Shown here piece after piece: positions 8,466-17,934 of a stretch of DNA of 52,321 nt. The position numbers and the translations under genes were made by a program. Within the stretch, counting starts at the first letter, position 1. Each line of letters begins with the position of its first letter. The notes beneath the pieces were generated by a model. It made no database searches, was not told where the DNA came from, and saw only the letters and a program-made list of their open reading frames with translations. The DNA comes from Candidatus Scalinduaceae bacterium (lineage in GTDB: Bacteria; Planctomycetota; Brocadiia; Brocadiales; Scalinduaceae): positions 1 through 52,321 of the forward strand of contig JBHICG010000017.1 of the NCBI GenBank assembly GCA_046759445.1, read 5' to 3'.

Positions 8466-11400
8466 TTAATTCATAATTGCTTTTCTTGCACGCTCTGGTA
8501 AGGCGGATATTGCCCTCAAGAGGTCATCATTCTCAGATTTGGCGTTAGCAAATGAGCTAAAAAGATTGATAGCTTCCGCATATATGTCATTTATAATTAC
8601 TCTGATATTTTCATCTGTAATCTTGCCGGTATTCAACACCTTTTCCAGATTCGATATCAAAACGACATCTGTCCAGTAATCTAGCGGTATTCGCTTCATC
8701 AAATCATTACTCAGATAAGTAAGATGATCACGCACGGTGTTGAGTAAATCGTCTGTCAAATCCCCCCTCCCCCCCTTTATTAAAGGGGGATTAGGGGGGA
8801 TTACCATCCGAACAACCTCTCTGGATAGCTCGGCAACAGCGACACGTCCTATTGCCATAATGGAAGCCGCTGTCCTCATTTCAATCTTTCGTTCCTGTGA
8901 AATCTTGATAATGTCATCAAAAATCGCGCAAATATTATCCTCAAGCATGCCATTAATTTTTTTTAAGTTCCAACGTTCGTTTCTGAGATTTTGCACCCAT
9001 TCAAGATAAGACACATAAACACCTCCCAGATTTGTGCTGATATCGGGTGTTATAAAAGCGCCTTTTCTTGTCACAATTTTATCACCATCAGGAGTGATAG
9101 GTCCATTTGCGCCTTCTACTATAATTTTGGCCTTTACGTTATACGCATTCCTGTCTATGGCATTCTCAAGCGCAGCGAGGATCAGGAAGTCAACATCCAG
9201 GGCGAAAATACCCTCGTTTGTAATATCCCTTCCCCCCTGAAATCCTTTCAATAAGCCTGTGCCTGACGTATTCACATGTTTAAATACCGCATCTATGTCC
9301 AGACCATTAGGGTTATAGATACCACCACTGGCATCCGTAATGGCTACCACCTTTACGCCTGCATCGTGTAAAAATTTTGCAGGCGGCCTGCCGACATTAC
9401 CAAATCCTTGTATGGCAGCGGTTGCGCCTTTCAGATTTATGTTTTTATATTTGGCCGCTTTTTTTAAGGCAATAAACACTCCGCGCCCGGTTGATTCAAC
9501 CCTGCCGAGAGAACCTCCTTTAACGTCTGGCTTGCCGGTAACAACGGCAAGCGCCTGGCATTTTATTTCTGTATGCTTTTTTAATATCTTTATACATTTA
9601 TCAAGATAAGGAGTATCCACAGAGGATTCAGAATGCCTGCAAATTGAACGGAAATCATCGGCGATTTCTTCGGTTAATACAGTATCATCAGTAAGCCAAT
9701 CTGATAGGTCTTCTTTTTCTATAGAAGTCTTCAGGTATTCGTCTACAAACCATGCCATCTTTGTGGCATTTGTGTTGACGTCAGGCGCAGGTATGTCAAG
9801 ATGTGGCCCACACGCATTTCTGTTCTTCAATTCTCGGCTGTATTCTCTGATTATCAATGCGTCTTTTCGATCAAGATAGTTTTTTGGGTTTACTATAATA
9901 CCACCTTTTGAACCTCCGTATGGAATTCCTGCAAGGGCGCATTTCCATGTCATCCAAATAGCAAGAGCCCTGACTTCATCAAGTGATACTTCAGGATGTT
10001 CTCTGAAACCTCCTTTGGCAGGGCCACGAGCTGAATTATGGTGTACACGATAAGCAACAAATTCATCTTCCGTAAGCCGCATGGCCTCTATCCGTTCGGG
10101 AGTAAGTAATTTTTGTTTCAGAAATAAAGGAAGCTTAAGGATGTCCGCAACCACGGCAAATTGACTTTCTGCCACTTCGAGTGGACTTGTCATGGCAACG
10201 GCATGCTCCCGTATCTTTGCATATTCCTTAAGGGTAACACTGGGTACGGAAAACAATTGGCTGACTCTCTCAAATTCACCAATTTCTTTTTTGTAGTTAA
10301 TAATATTCTTCGCTACGTTATGTTTAATGTTGAGGAATTTTTCTAATTCTTCAACATTTGCGGCATTAAGGTTTATTTTATCCTTTACGTAACCTTTTGG
10401 CTTAAAGCGTATTTTTGTAGGAAGGTCATCTAAATGGTTAAGCGCCGTCAGTTCCTCACCAGCAAGGAATTTCAAACACGTTTCTCCCATTGTAGAAAGG
10501 TACGTTCTTGGAGGAGGAGTTTTCGTGCCAAGCCTTTTTTGTGCTGCAGCAACACTATGAAGGCCAAAGATAATCTTAGATTCCGCTTCATAGGCAAATA
10601 CATGGTCTAAAATCTGATTCGTGCCCTGGCAAAACACTTCATCTTCATACTTCCCTGCAATTCCGTCTAGGATGATGGTTTTTGAATCCCGCATCTTTTT
10701 CTTTATAAGGGCAACAGTATCAGGGCCAATATCGTATGCCTTCATCTTAGCGAAACGGCCCTTAATTTTATTCACCTTAACTTTTTCGGGATTTAGTCCC
10801 GTCAGCTTTGCCATAAGGTGGTCAACGGGAAGCGTTATGTCCACACCATATCCTTTTGCCATTTCCAGTACTATTGTCGCATTACGGAGGGCCTGTGCTT
10901 GTAAATCAGGGTCTTCTTCAAGCATACAGTTATCCACGTCATATCCCTGAACCTTAAGGAATGGAAATGCAACACCGCCAATGATAATCAGTTTATCAAC
11001 TTTCTCATAAACTATAAGGTTATTCATTGCCTCAACCTTGGCTAAGACGGTGGCGCCGCCAATAATTGCAACTACAGGTTTGTAGGGATTCCTCATGAAA
11101 TTATCAAGTATACTCAGTTCCTGATTAAGCAGGAATCCGGCCACTTTCTGGCCTGAAATAAACCTTGTTATCGGCCCGAGTGATGCATGGTGGCCTATAT
11201 GGGCTGTTACTGGATCGGCATTTACATAGATATCACAGTTAGTAGTATCGTGGAGTTGTCTTGCAAACTCCATAACCTCATTATCGTCCTCTGAGGTCTC
11301 ACCGCTGCGGAACATGACATTTTCCAGCAGAAAGACACCATCACCGCTTACGATGGACTTTGTTTTTCCCCCAATGCAGTCATCAGTTATGATAACCTCC

Positions 11401-11798
11401 TTATCTTTTGAGAGAAGCTTTTTGTCCCTTAAGATCTCTGTCAGTCTTTCTGCTACTGGTCTCAGGCTGTATGTTGAGTAAATCTCTCCATCAGACAGAA
11501 CCCCCACAGAGGTCTTCTTATCCTTAAAGAAGTTCTCCCTTCCACCGTTGTGTGATATTATAACAATCGTCCTCGCTCCCTGCTTAAGAATATGGCGAAT
11601 GTCCATGACAGTCGCCCTGATACGCCTGTCGTCTATAATCTTACCATCCCTGACGATGTCGTAGTTTACCCTTAAGAAAACCCTTTTGCCTTCTAAGGCC
11701 GACTTATGAAGATTTCGTATAGGCATCTTATTGGCATAAGGGTACCACTCAAACCCCACATCAGCCTGCTTTGCAATTTTCACATCTAATATCTCCAT
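8466..11798 (-). CDS. Multidomain protein: degenerate phosphoglycerate kinase + ComEA-like HhH + glutamate dehydrogenase + C-terminal extension
   Basis: PGK-like GKRVFLRVNYD, DDRRIRA, LLEN, YDIGPDT; HhH-like KINLNAANVEEL...; GDH motifs RGPAKGG, MTWKCA, GGSKGG, DIPAPDVNT, VVTGKP, IQGFGNVG, EGANGP, SYLEWVQN. Confidence 0.9.
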   Translation of the reverse strand: MEILDVKIAKQADVGFEWYPYANKMPIRNLHKSALEGKRVFLRVNYDIVRDGKIIDDRRIRATVMDIRHILKQGARTIVIISHNGGRENFFKDKKTSVGVLSDGEIYSTYSLRPVAERLTEILRDKKLLSKDKEVIITDDCIGGKTKSIVSGDGVFLLENVMFRSGETSEDDNEVMEFARQLHDTTNCDIYVNADPVTAHIGHHASLGPITRFISGQKVAGFLLNQELSILDNFMRNPYKPVVAIIGGATVLAKVEAMNNLIVYEKVDKLIIIGGVAFPFLKVQGYDVDNCMLEEDPDLQAQALRNATIVLEMAKGYGVDITLPVDHLMAKLTGLNPEKVKVNKIKGRFAKMKAYDIGPDTVALIKKKMRDSKTIILDGIAGKYEDEVFCQGTNQILDHVFAYEAESKIIFGLHSVAAAQKRLGTKTPPPRTYLSTMGETCLKFLAGEELTALNHLDDLPTKIRFKPKGYVKDKINLNAANVEELEKFLNIKHNVAKNIINYKKEIGEFERVSQLFSVPSVTLKEYAKIREHAVAMTSPLEVAESQFAVVADILKLPLFLKQKLLTPERIEAMRLTEDEFVAYRVHHNSARGPAKGGFREHPEVSLDEVRALAIWMTWKCALAGIPYGGSKGGIIVNPKNYLDRKDALIIREYSRELKNRNACGPHLDIPAPDVNTNATKMAWFVDEYLKTSIEKEDLSDWLTDDTVLTEEIADDFRSICRHSESSVDTPYLDKCIKILKKHTEIKCQALAVVTGKPDVKGGSLGRVESTGRGVFIALKKAAKYKNINLKGATAAIQGFGNVGRPPAKFLHDAGVKVVAITDASGGIYNPNGLDIDAVFKHVNTSGTGLLKGFQGGRDITNEGIFALDVDFLILAALENAIDRNAYNVKAKIIVEGANGPITPDGDKIVTRKGAFITPDISTNLGGVYVSYLEWVQNLRNERWNLKKINGMLEDNICAIFDDIIKISQERKIEMRTAASIMAIGRVAVAELSREVVRMVIPPNPPLIKGGRGDLTDDLLNTVRDHLTYLSNDLMKRIPLDYWTDVVLISNLEKVLNTGKITDENIRVIINDIYAEAINLFSSFANAKSENDDLLRAISALPERARKAIMN
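8758..8803. repeat. Palindromic element inserted in frame in the GDH fusion
   Basis: aatcccccctcccccctttattaaagggggattagggggga; encodes IPPNPPLIKGGRGD on the minus strand. Confidence 0.8.
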
Positions 11799-11899
11799 TA
11801 ATTAATTTCATATTAGCCTATAATATTTCAATATACTTTCGTTGTTAATGTTACTAGTTTATAAAGGCATCAATTTTATAAAATAAGATTTTATCTTCT

Positions 11900-12820
11900 T
11901 CAATTACCTTTAATTATACGCTCTGCAAGCTCAAATGGGAGCCCGGCTTTAAGGATTTTTGCCTTTACTGCCTCTGTATTATACTCTGATTTTTTAAGAG
12001 AAATTTTCTGTGTGTCGGTATCATAAATCATATAAGAGGCTTTAGGAGTGCCGTCTCGCGGTTGTCCAACCGAACCGGAGTTTATGTAGTAACGTTGGCC
12101 TGCATTCAATATAACATCGAATACTTCTAACCTTTCCATTGATTCCCTTTCAACCAGCATAAGCCTGTTATCGTATTGGTCTACAGGGATGAATACGGAA
12201 GCATTAACGTCTCTTTTTTGTTTTGTATATAGATATGCAGCTGGCTTATGAGTATGACCCGCAAAGGTTATGTTTGAATAGAGTAAATTATAATTTAAGG
12301 TTGCTGCATTTCTTAAATATAAATAACCCTGAGGGTAAGTAGGTGTGCTGTGGACTAATTCTATTCCATATTTTCTTATTTTTTTTCTAAGCCATAGGGA
12401 ATTCAGGAAACGGAAGTTTTCTTTTTGTAAGACTTTGGTCGTCCACTTTGCAGCGTTGCCTGCTGAAGAAACCATTACACTACATAACGAAGGCTGTCTA
12501 ATCACCTCTCTGTCATGATTTCCAGCAATTACTACAGCCTTTTTACCCATAGAAAGGATACAGTCAGTTATCTTCTTTTTAGATGTATCATTGATATTAA
12601 GCTCCTCTATAATTGCGCAAATTTCACTTTTCAAAGATGATTTGCCATTTTTCAGAAATTTTACGATAGTACAGCATTCGTTTGGGTTGGCGCCATAACC
12701 AACTATATCTCCCGGTATCAAAATTTTGTCTATCTGTTCATTATCTTCGTAAAGGGATAAAAAAACAGAGGCAAGCGCCTCCAGATTACTATGAATATCA
12801 GCAATGATTGCAAATTTCAT
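11900..12820 (-). CDS. Calcineurin-like metallophosphoesterase (YfcE/PPP-like)
   Basis: ADIHSN, GDIVGYG, GNHD, GHTH, NSGSVGQPRDG. Confidence 0.92.
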   Translation of the reverse strand: MKFAIIADIHSNLEALASVFLSLYEDNEQIDKILIPGDIVGYGANPNECCTIVKFLKNGKSSLKSEICAIIEELNINDTSKKKITDCILSMGKKAVVIAGNHDREVIRQPSLCSVMVSSAGNAAKWTTKVLQKENFRFLNSLWLRKKIRKYGIELVHSTPTYPQGYLYLRNAATLNYNLLYSNITFAGHTHKPAAYLYTKQKRDVNASVFIPVDQYDNRLMLVERESMERLEVFDVILNAGQRYYINSGSVGQPRDGTPKASYMIYDTDTQKISLKKSEYNTEAVKAKILKAGLPFELAERIIKGN

Positions 12821-12827
12821 CTTTACC

Positions 12828-13640
12828 TCACAATATTTTTTCTAATGTTTGTTTTAATTCTTTTGCCGTTGATATCCTGTTAGTTGGATCCTCTTCTAAT
12901 GTTGCCATTATGATATCTTCTAATTTTTGAGGGATTAATTCATTAAGTTTTCTTGGAGTGGTTTTTACTTCCTTCCATTTTTTATTGGTTAAGGTCTCAT
13001 AAATAACTGCGCCTAACGAATATATGTCCGACCTATCATCTAGGGATAGGAAGAATGCAATTGCTTCCGGAGGAACGCCTTCAGGTGGATTCCTTAAATC
13101 TTTTAACAAAGCTTCTTGTTCAGGCGAGGCATAATCTCTACTAATTCCTTTTATAAGTCCAGCTTTTTTTATTGCAAGTTCGTAATCAATTAAATAAACT
13201 GTGCATGTATTTGGTTTCAACATTAGGTGGCCAGGTTTAATATCGCAGTGTAAATAATTTTTTGAGTGTAAATAATCCAAAGGGTCACAAACACTTATAA
13301 AACATTTAATTATATCCTCTAATTGGTCGATAGAATTCTGGTTTGTTTTTTCTTTGAAATATCCAACAAAATCTATATTACTCATATGATCAAGTACGAT
13401 ATAATGTTGTGTGAGCACAAAATTTTCCCCTTTAAAAAGGGCATTTCGCCCATATTCATAAGCCCTAGGTATCTGCTTATGGTTTAATTGCAGTAATACG
13501 CAGTATTCATCTTCAAAGTCCAAGTTAGGGTTATATTTTATACCGAGCCGAGGGTCGTTATCTAAAACTGCATAGTTTGACTTATGCAAATCCGCATCAA
13601 CTTTGAATGAACTGAATATGTAATCCTTTATTTTGTACAT
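12828..13640 (-). CDS. Atypical Ser/Thr (Hanks-type) protein kinase, paralog 1
   Basis: HCDIKPGH, LIDYELA, YASPEQ, SDIYSLG; start placed at MYKIKDY (13640) by comparison with its paralog. Confidence 0.88.
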   Translation of the reverse strand: MYKIKDYIFSSFKVDADLHKSNYAVLDNDPRLGIKYNPNLDFEDEYCVLLQLNHKQIPRAYEYGRNALFKGENFVLTQHYIVLDHMSNIDFVGYFKEKTNQNSIDQLEDIIKCFISVCDPLDYLHSKNYLHCDIKPGHLMLKPNTCTVYLIDYELAIKKAGLIKGISRDYASPEQEALLKDLRNPPEGVPPEAIAFFLSLDDRSDIYSLGAVIYETLTNKKWKEVKTTPRKLNELIPQKLEDIIMATLEEDPTNRISTAKELKQTLEKIL

Positions 13641-13935
13641 AACTCTTATATATACTACACTCTTGAAAATTTGACAAGAACATAATAGATAATTTAGATT
13701 GAAAAGTCCTTGCAGATAGCAATATTTTGTAAGCTTCCAAGAATGTGATACTGGCTGGAATAAACCACACATCCAGTTAAAATTAAACGCAATCTGTTTC
13801 TAAAACTGGATATGTCATTAGTGACAGGTTTTTCACAATAAATGATTTCCTATAACTCCTTTTATCTTAAGTACTAATAAAATTATTAATGACAAATTTA
13901 ACGTGCTTAAAGTTATTTACAAGATTTTTGTTAAT

Positions 13936-13951
13936 TGGCCAAGAATATGCT
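13936..13951 (+). promoter_or_regulatory. Putative sigma54 (-24/-12) promoter for the amt-glnK-amt operon
   Basis: TGGCCAAGAATATGCT has GG-N10-GC spacing. Confidence 0.6.
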
Positions 13952-14300
13952 TGCTAATGCTATTTTGAAACAATGGAATATTAACGGGTTAAGTGTTTTT
14001 TTGTATTATGCATGCATTTCAACGTCTGCTTCGCATAAGGGACAACCATGAGGACCAAAAGTCTTGTCTTCTTTTTGATTGCGTGGATTGATGGGGATGA
14101 ACGCATGAGACTTTAATTGTATGGTGAACATTTTTAAGCAGAGAATTGGGGATATCATAAAGGAACCTATACAATAAAGAGTTATATATTTTACAGAAAG
14201 CTTTATACATAATTAAGAAAGGAGGTTTTTGTAGAATAAATTTTGTGATCTATGTAATGATAATTTTAAGAGTGTTGTAAAAGAAAAAGGAGGGAAATCT

Positions 14301-15860
14301 ATGGGATATTTGTATAGTAGAGCTAAAAGATCATATATGGTATTTCCAATCATATTTATATTATGCCTTTTTTATTTTGGTTCAAACATAGCGTTGGCTA
14401 GTGATCCAACAGGTGAGAGTATTTTTGCCTTGGACTTTAGGGGTTTAAATGTATCCGATAGTTTTTCATGGGTTTTATTGACTGGTTTTATGATATTATT
14501 TATGCAGGTAGGTTTCATATTTTTAGGAGGGTTCCTTCAGGCAAAGAATGTGTTGAGCTATATGACACATTGTTTTCTTGCCACCACGCTTGGCGCACTC
14601 ATATACTTGTTCGTAGGTTACGCATTCATGTTTGGAGGATTCGAATTTATGGATACACACCTGGGTGGAGGCAATTCATTCATAGGGTGGAGTGGCTTTT
14701 TGTTATTGGGTGAAGCTTATGATATAAGAACGGTAATGCTGTTCCTGTTTCAGGCTGTTATAGCTACATTTATAGGCAGCATAATCGCAGGCGCTGTTGC
14801 AGAGAGGATGAAGCTTATCGCTTATGTACTTTCATTTTTCTTTATTTATACAATTATCTATCCTTTATACGGTCATTGGATATGGGGAGAAGGATGGTTG
14901 TTCAACCTTCCATTTGGTGTTGGTGCAAGGGATTTTGCAGGCTCGGGAGTAGTTCATGCAATTGGAGGCTCTATAGCTTTTACGGGAGCCTTGCTTCTAG
15001 GGCCAAGGATTGGTAAATATAGTAAAGATGGCACTCCGGGATTTATACCAGGTCATAATGTTGGTTATATGATTCTTGGGACGGTACTCCTGGCGTTTGG
15101 TTGGTTAGGCTATGATGCCGGTAGTACCTTAGCTGCAGGAGATTTTCGTGCCTCCGTAGTAGCTGCAAATACTTTTATTGCTGGAGCAATGGGGGCTGTT
15201 ACAGTACTCTATTATACTTACCTGAAAACGGGCGCTTCAGATATAGGTGAAGCATGTAATGGTTTTCTGGCTGGCCTGGTTGCCATTTCCGCATCATGCG
15301 CTTATGTCGCACCGTGGGCTGCAGTTGCAATAGGGTTTTTGGGAGGGATAGTATACGTAACTTTCGTATGGTTTGTTGAACACAAACTTAAAGTTGATGA
15401 TCCTCTTGGCGCAGTATCGGTTCACGGCGCAAATGGTCTTTGGGGCCTGCTTTCCATAGGCATCTTTGCTGATGGCACTTATGGAGGAGTTTCTGGCGTA
15501 ATAACAGGAAATTTTGGACAGTTATTTTCGCAATTTATTGCATGTATAGTAGCAGTTGCCTGGGCGGGTGGTCTAGGTTGTCTAATGTACTATGTACTTA
15601 AAATAACTATAGGTATAAGGGTATCCGAAAAGGTAGAATTAGAAGGTCTGGATGTAAACCTCCACGGTTCTCCATGTTATCGACTTCGAGCAGGGGTTGA
15701 AGCTCCCTTAGGCGCAGAAGTAGAAGGTGCAGAAGTAGAAGAAGCGGAAGAACAAAGGGAAACTGCAATACTGGAGGCAGCATTTGCCAAGGACGCAAAG
15801 AGAGAGAAGATTTACTCAGAAAAACTTGGCATATGGATAACTGCAAAGCCGAAAGAGTAA
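14301..15860 (+). CDS. amt: Ammonium transporter (Amt), non-canonical gate, ~60-aa acidic C-terminal tail
   Basis: FMQVGF, GAVAERM, DFAGSGVVH, DDPLGAVSVHG; strong RBS aaggaggg. Confidence 0.95.
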   Translation: MGYLYSRAKRSYMVFPIIFILCLFYFGSNIALASDPTGESIFALDFRGLNVSDSFSWVLLTGFMILFMQVGFIFLGGFLQAKNVLSYMTHCFLATTLGALIYLFVGYAFMFGGFEFMDTHLGGGNSFIGWSGFLLLGEAYDIRTVMLFLFQAVIATFIGSIIAGAVAERMKLIAYVLSFFFIYTIIYPLYGHWIWGEGWLFNLPFGVGARDFAGSGVVHAIGGSIAFTGALLLGPRIGKYSKDGTPGFIPGHNVGYMILGTVLLAFGWLGYDAGSTLAAGDFRASVVAANTFIAGAMGAVTVLYYTYLKTGASDIGEACNGFLAGLVAISASCAYVAPWAAVAIGFLGGIVYVTFVWFVEHKLKVDDPLGAVSVHGANGLWGLLSIGIFADGTYGGVSGVITGNFGQLFSQFIACIVAVAWAGGLGCLMYYVLKITIGIRVSEKVELEGLDVNLHGSPCYRLRAGVEAPLGAEVEGAEVEEAEEQRETAILEAAFAKDAKREKIYSEKLGIWITAKPKE

Positions 15861-15964
15861 TCAAAAAGTAACAATAAAACAAATTTTAAGATGTTACTTT
15901 TCTTTACTGTTAATGTAAATTTGAGGTTTTATTATTTTATTGTTTTTGGCTAAAGGAGGTTTTT

Positions 15965-16303
15965 ATGAAAAAGATAGAAGCTATCATACGTCCTGAGAAA
16001 TTTGATATTATTAAGGATGCACTGACAGAGAAAGGTTATGGTGGAATGTCTGTTACAGAGATAAAGGGACATGGCAATCAAAAAGGCGTAAGTGAAGTAT
16101 GGAGGGGAAAGAGGTATAAAGTAGATCTACTTCCAAAGGTAAAGCTTGAACTCATTGTTGCTGATGATGTCTGCGATGACGTAGTAAAGACTGTTATTTC
16201 AGAAGGTCAAACTGGTAGTATTGGAGATGGGAAGATATTCGTTTCAGACCTATCAAATGTTTACAGGATCCGTACCGGGGAACAAGGTGATTCAGCCATT
16301 TGA
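15965..16303 (+). CDS. glnK: P-II nitrogen regulator
   Basis: [35 protein letters not shown]; adjacent to amt. Confidence 0.95.
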   Translation: MKKIEAIIRPEKFDIIKDALTEKGYGGMSVTEIKGHGNQKGVSEVWRGKRYKVDLLPKVKLELIVADDVCDDVVKTVISEGQTGSIGDGKIFVSDLSNVYRIRTGEQGDSAI

Positions 16304-16390
16304 GAATGTAAACCTCACAATGTCTGCTCATAACTTTAATGAGTGCTGAGTGTAAAACCAAAGCCGGTAGAATATACTGAAAATACTATG

Positions 16391-16436
16391 ATCAGCGGTC
16401 AAAGTTTTATATACATACAACATTTTGACCGCTGAT
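16391..16436. repeat. 13-bp inverted repeat between glnK and amt (possible RNA hairpin)
   Basis: atcagcggtcaaa ... tttgaccgctgat. Confidence 0.55.
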
Positions 16437-16524
16437 ATTCTTATGAGCTTGTGATGTAATACGATTTTCTAGGTCTGATTTTAGAGACATTTTGCAGTTT
16501 TTAAATGTTCTGATAATGAAAGTA

Positions 16525-17907
16525 ATGATGAAAAAATGTATTATTTGGATATTGTTTCCAACTGTTATAGCTTGCGTGTTGTTTGCTGCCTTCCAAGACA
16601 CCGAAGCAAGTGAACCAGGAAGTGGTTTCATAATCCACTCAGAAATCAGAGATATAGAAGGGTTAAGGATATCTATTAACATTGCCTGGACGTTGTTATG
16701 TGGTTTCCTTGTCTTTAATATGCAGGCGGGTTTTGCGTTCCTGGGCTCAGGATTCTTGCGAAAGAAAAACACCTTAAACTATCTAACGATGAGTTTTATG
16801 GATTTTTGCGTTGGCGCCCTCATATTTTGGGCTTTTGGCTTTGCGTTAATGTATGGCGGCTCATCTGTTGCCTCAGGCCTTGACAAAGGAAATGCCCTTA
16901 TAGGTCTTAGTGGTTTTTTCCTGGCAGGCAATGCTTATAATGCTTCTACATCAGCTACATGGTTATTCCACATGATGTTTGTAGTTGCTACATGTACAAT
17001 TGTGGCAGGCGCTGTTGCTGAACGCTTTAAGTTCCATGCACACTTATTATACAGTATGATACTTTGTGGCTTCTTATACCCCATTTATGGTCACTGGGTA
17101 TGGGGTGGAGGTTGGTTGTCAAATCTTCCGTTCGGTTCTGGGATGAAGGATTTCGCAGGTGGAGGAGTGGTTCATGGTATAGGTGGAATTGTTTCTTTTA
17201 TAGGGGCATGGATGGTTGGCCCAAGGTTCGGCAAGTACAATCCTGACGGCACGCCAAACATCATTCATGGCCACAATCTCTCTTATATAGTACTTGGAAC
17301 ACTCTTTCTATTATTTGGTTGGTTCGGCTTCAATGTAGGAAGCACCTTGGCTGCCACTGATTTGAGGGTTTCAATCATTGCAACTAATATGTTCCTTTCT
17401 GCAATCACGGGGGCGATAACCCTTTTATACATTTCGTACATTAAAAACAAAAGATCTGACATTGTTATGGCATGTAATGGTGCTTTAGCAGGCTGTGTGG
17501 CTATTACGGCTTCCGGCGCTTATGTGCCCCATTGGGCTGCAGTGGTTATTGGCCTAACTGCAGGTTTCATATTAATGTCTTGCTTATATATTATGGAATA
17601 CAAATTAAGGATAGATGATCCCATCGGAGCTATTTCCGTTCATGGGGCAAATGGACTATGGAGCTTACTTTCTGTTGGTATCTTTGCCGATGGCTCCTAT
17701 TTGGGGGTAAGAGGACTGATAACAGGTTCTGGATGGCAACTTTTGTCACAGTTCATTGGATGTGTTACACTCATAGTTTGGACATTTTGCGCTGGTTATC
17801 TAATATTCCTGTTACTGAAGAAAACCATTGGTTTAAGAGTCCCTATCCAAGAAGAAAACGCTGGGATTGATTTATATGAACATGGGCTTTCTTGTTACTC
17901 TGACTGA
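16525..17907 (+). CDS. amt: Ammonium transporter (Amt)
   Basis: MQAGF, GAVAERF, DFAGGGVVH, WFGFNVGS, DDPIGAISVHG; start could be 16516, 16525 or 16528. Confidence 0.93.
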   Translation: MMKKCIIWILFPTVIACVLFAAFQDTEASEPGSGFIIHSEIRDIEGLRISINIAWTLLCGFLVFNMQAGFAFLGSGFLRKKNTLNYLTMSFMDFCVGALIFWAFGFALMYGGSSVASGLDKGNALIGLSGFFLAGNAYNASTSATWLFHMMFVVATCTIVAGAVAERFKFHAHLLYSMILCGFLYPIYGHWVWGGGWLSNLPFGSGMKDFAGGGVVHGIGGIVSFIGAWMVGPRFGKYNPDGTPNIIHGHNLSYIVLGTLFLLFGWFGFNVGSTLAATDLRVSIIATNMFLSAITGAITLLYISYIKNKRSDIVMACNGALAGCVAITASGAYVPHWAAVVIGLTAGFILMSCLYIMEYKLRIDDPIGAISVHGANGLWSLLSVGIFADGSYLGVRGLITGSGWQLLSQFIGCVTLIVWTFCAGYLIFLLLKKTIGLRVPIQEENAGIDLYEHGLSCYSD

Positions 17908-17934
17908 AAAATATTCTCTTCCTTATTTCAAAGG

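Noticed and set aside
13641..13772. N-terminal 44 aa of the kinase ORF in the track
   Set aside because: The paralog starts at the MYK position; the extension looks non-coding
14018..14110. Glutamine (glnA) riboswitch
   Set aside because: GAACGC is present, but I could not find the matching 5' stem or E-loop consensus
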